Shown here one piece after another: positions 62,464-64,000 of a stretch of DNA of 64,000 nt. Where the stretch lies: contig CAWDSQ010000010.1 in the NCBI GenBank assembly GCA_963804955.1, positions 1 through 64,000 of the forward strand, written 5' to 3'. The stretch's first letter is position 1, and every line of letters starts with the position of its first letter. Below the pieces are notes generated by a model. The model worked only from the letters and a program-made list of their open reading frames with translations, had not been told where the DNA came from and did not search any database. A program made the position numbers and the translations under genes. This DNA is from an uncultured delta proteobacterium (GTDB lineage: Bacteria; Desulfobacterota; WTBG01; CAIYCZ01; CAIRTM01).

Positions 62464-62887
62464 CTAGTGGATCATCACATTTGAAATTATCAATTGCGAC
62501 CACCCTCCCCTTAATCGCCTCCTCTCAAGGGAGGGGAAAATTATTGGCGCCCTCTCCCTTGGGAGACTGTGTTGCAATTGATTTATTAATGTCATTTCGA
62601 ATCCGCCGCAGGCGGTGAGAAATCTTAAGCCCTTGATTTTACTTACTACAAAGATCTCTCCCTTCGGTCGAGATGACAGCAAAGTTAATTGCAACACAGT
62701 CTCTGGTGGGAGTGGGTCGGGGTAGGGGGACCAGCAAAATCAAATGTGAAGGCCCACTAGTAGGCCGTGACATTTCAAATTATTGGTTGTTGACACTTTG
62801 TAGGAGCGCATGTATGCGTGATTGTTTCGCGGCTGAAGCCGCTCCTACAGGTAAAAACTGACAATTTGAAATGTTATAGCCCACTAG
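62464..62887. mobile_element. Two abutting CTAG-ended MITEs (62464-62760, 62757-62887), the first carrying a nested MITE (62563-62703)
   Basis: TIRs CTAGTGG..TCACATTTGA / TCAAATGTGA..CCACTAG and CTAGT.GGC...ACATTTCAAAT / ATTTGAAATGT...GCCCACTAG. The inner element has a perfect 17-bp TIR GAGACTGTGTTGCAATT flanked by TGG on both sides. Confidence 0.7.
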
Positions 62888-62915
62888 CCTGCTCAGGGCT
62901 GCACCGGCATCGAGC

Positions 62916-64000
62916 TTACGCCGCGGTAAGGCCGCTGAAAAATTCTTCGCAGAACTGCCGGTACCCGTCCTGCAGTATGGCCTGCCGCAGCCGGCGGCAC
63001 AGGTCAAGATAGTAGGTGATATTGTGGACGGTCATGAGAATAAGGGCCGTGATTTCACCGGCCATGTAGAGATGGCGGATATAGCTGCGGGTAAAATTGC
63101 GGCAGGCATAGCAGGAGCAGGCTGCATCAAGCGGCGTGAAGTCGTCTTTATAGCAGGCGTTTTTGATGCGAAGTTTGCCATGGGAGCAGAAGCACAGCCC
63201 GTTGCGGGCGCAGCGCGTGGGCAGCACGCAGTCAAACATGTCGACGCCATAGCCGACGGCCCGCACGATATCTTCAGGGGTCCCGACGCCCATGAGGTAG
63301 CGGGGCTTTTCCCGGGGCAGCGCCAGCGCAGTCTTTTCGATAACCGGATAGGCATCCGTCATCACCTCGCCGACTGAAAACCCGCCCAGCGCATAGCCCG
63401 GCAAATCAAGCTGAACAAGGCCCTCGGCGCTTTGCAGCCGCAGGTCGGCATGCAGGCCTCCCTGCACAATGCCAAACAGCGACGACTGCGGCGATGACCA
63501 GGCCTCCCGCGACCTTTCTGCCCAGAGAAGGCTGCGGTTCACAGCGCGGCCGATATGCGCTTTGTCAGCTGTTGCCGGGGGGCATTCGTCCAGCTGCATC
63601 ATGATATCAACGCCGAAGCCTTCCTGGAGCTTTACCACGCTTTCGGGCGTGAAGGTGAAGAGCGAGCCGTCGATATGGGATTTGAAGGTCACGGCCTCAT
63701 CGGTGAGCTTGCGCAGATCGGCCAGCGAGTACACCTGGAATCCGCCGGAATCCGTCAGTATGGGCCGCTGCCAGCCGGTAAAGCGGTGCAGGCCGCCTGC
63801 TTTTTCAAGCAGGTCAAGCCCCGGCCTGAGAAAAAGATGATAGGTGTTGTTCAGGATAATCCGCGCATCCGTATCCTCCATATCGCGCATGGTCATGGCC
63901 TTGACCGTTCCCTGCGTGCCCACGGGCATGAAAACCGGCGTGGGCACCTCGCCGTGCGGAAGGCTCAGCATGCCTGCCCGGGCTTCAGAGTGCGCATCAG
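62916..64000 (-). CDS. tgt: Queuine tRNA-ribosyltransferase (start just outside the window)
   Basis: FMPVGT, NTYHL, TDSGGFQV, GIVQGG, YLMGVG, DMFDCV, C.C..C ... HN. Confidence 0.97.
   Translation of the reverse strand, partial: DAHSEARAGMLSLPHGEVPTPVFMPVGTQGTVKAMTMRDMEDTDARIILNNTYHLFLRPGLDLLEKAGGLHRFTGWQRPILTDSGGFQVYSLADLRKLTDEAVTFKSHIDGSLFTFTPESVVKLQEGFGVDIMMQLDECPPATADKAHIGRAVNRSLLWAERSREAWSSPQSSLFGIVQGGLHADLRLQSAEGLVQLDLPGYALGGFSVGEVMTDAYPVIEKTALALPREKPRYLMGVGTPEDIVRAVGYGVDMFDCVLPTRCARNGLCFCSHGKLRIKNACYKDDFTPLDAACSCYACRNFTRSYIRHLYMAGEITALILMTVHNITYYLDLCRRLRQAILQDGYRQFCEEFFSGLTAA

Overview
GC-rich bacterial window, most consistent with a Desulfobacterota/deltaproteobacterial genome (inference from gene content and repeat families). 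Many genes are split by single-base indels that look like long-read assembly errors. Bases ~1-39,650 form a large phosphate-starvation island: two divergent PstSCAB/PhoU systems, a putative porin, an orphan PhoB-like regulator, a TonB/ExbBD/TonB-dependent receptor operon with two tandem secreted beta-helix proteins, a secreted PHP phosphoesterase, an EAL-CBS-GGDEF protein, an MCP, and an uncharacterised ligase-like/PSD-like/Lgt-like operon. Reading the intergenic DNA reveals 11 promoters that share one architecture: three or four TTAA(C)-type repeats at 11-bp pitch, with a -10 hexamer starting 15 nt after the start of the last repeat. Two of these promoters precede non-coding ~70-nt sibling elements (5' hairpin, CCUCC linker, GCAA-loop terminator). 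Each sibling has a perfect 12-nt complement in the ribosome-binding site of a gene inside the island. The remainder is housekeeping or accessory: tRNA-Gln, gatC/gatA, amidase, HAD hydrolase, a TSP3-repeat protein, etfB/etfA/acyl-CoA dehydrogenase, PilZ, radical SAM, glycosyltransferases, AhpD-like and tgt. Several MITE/REP families are also present, including a nested cluster at ~62.3-62.9 kb.
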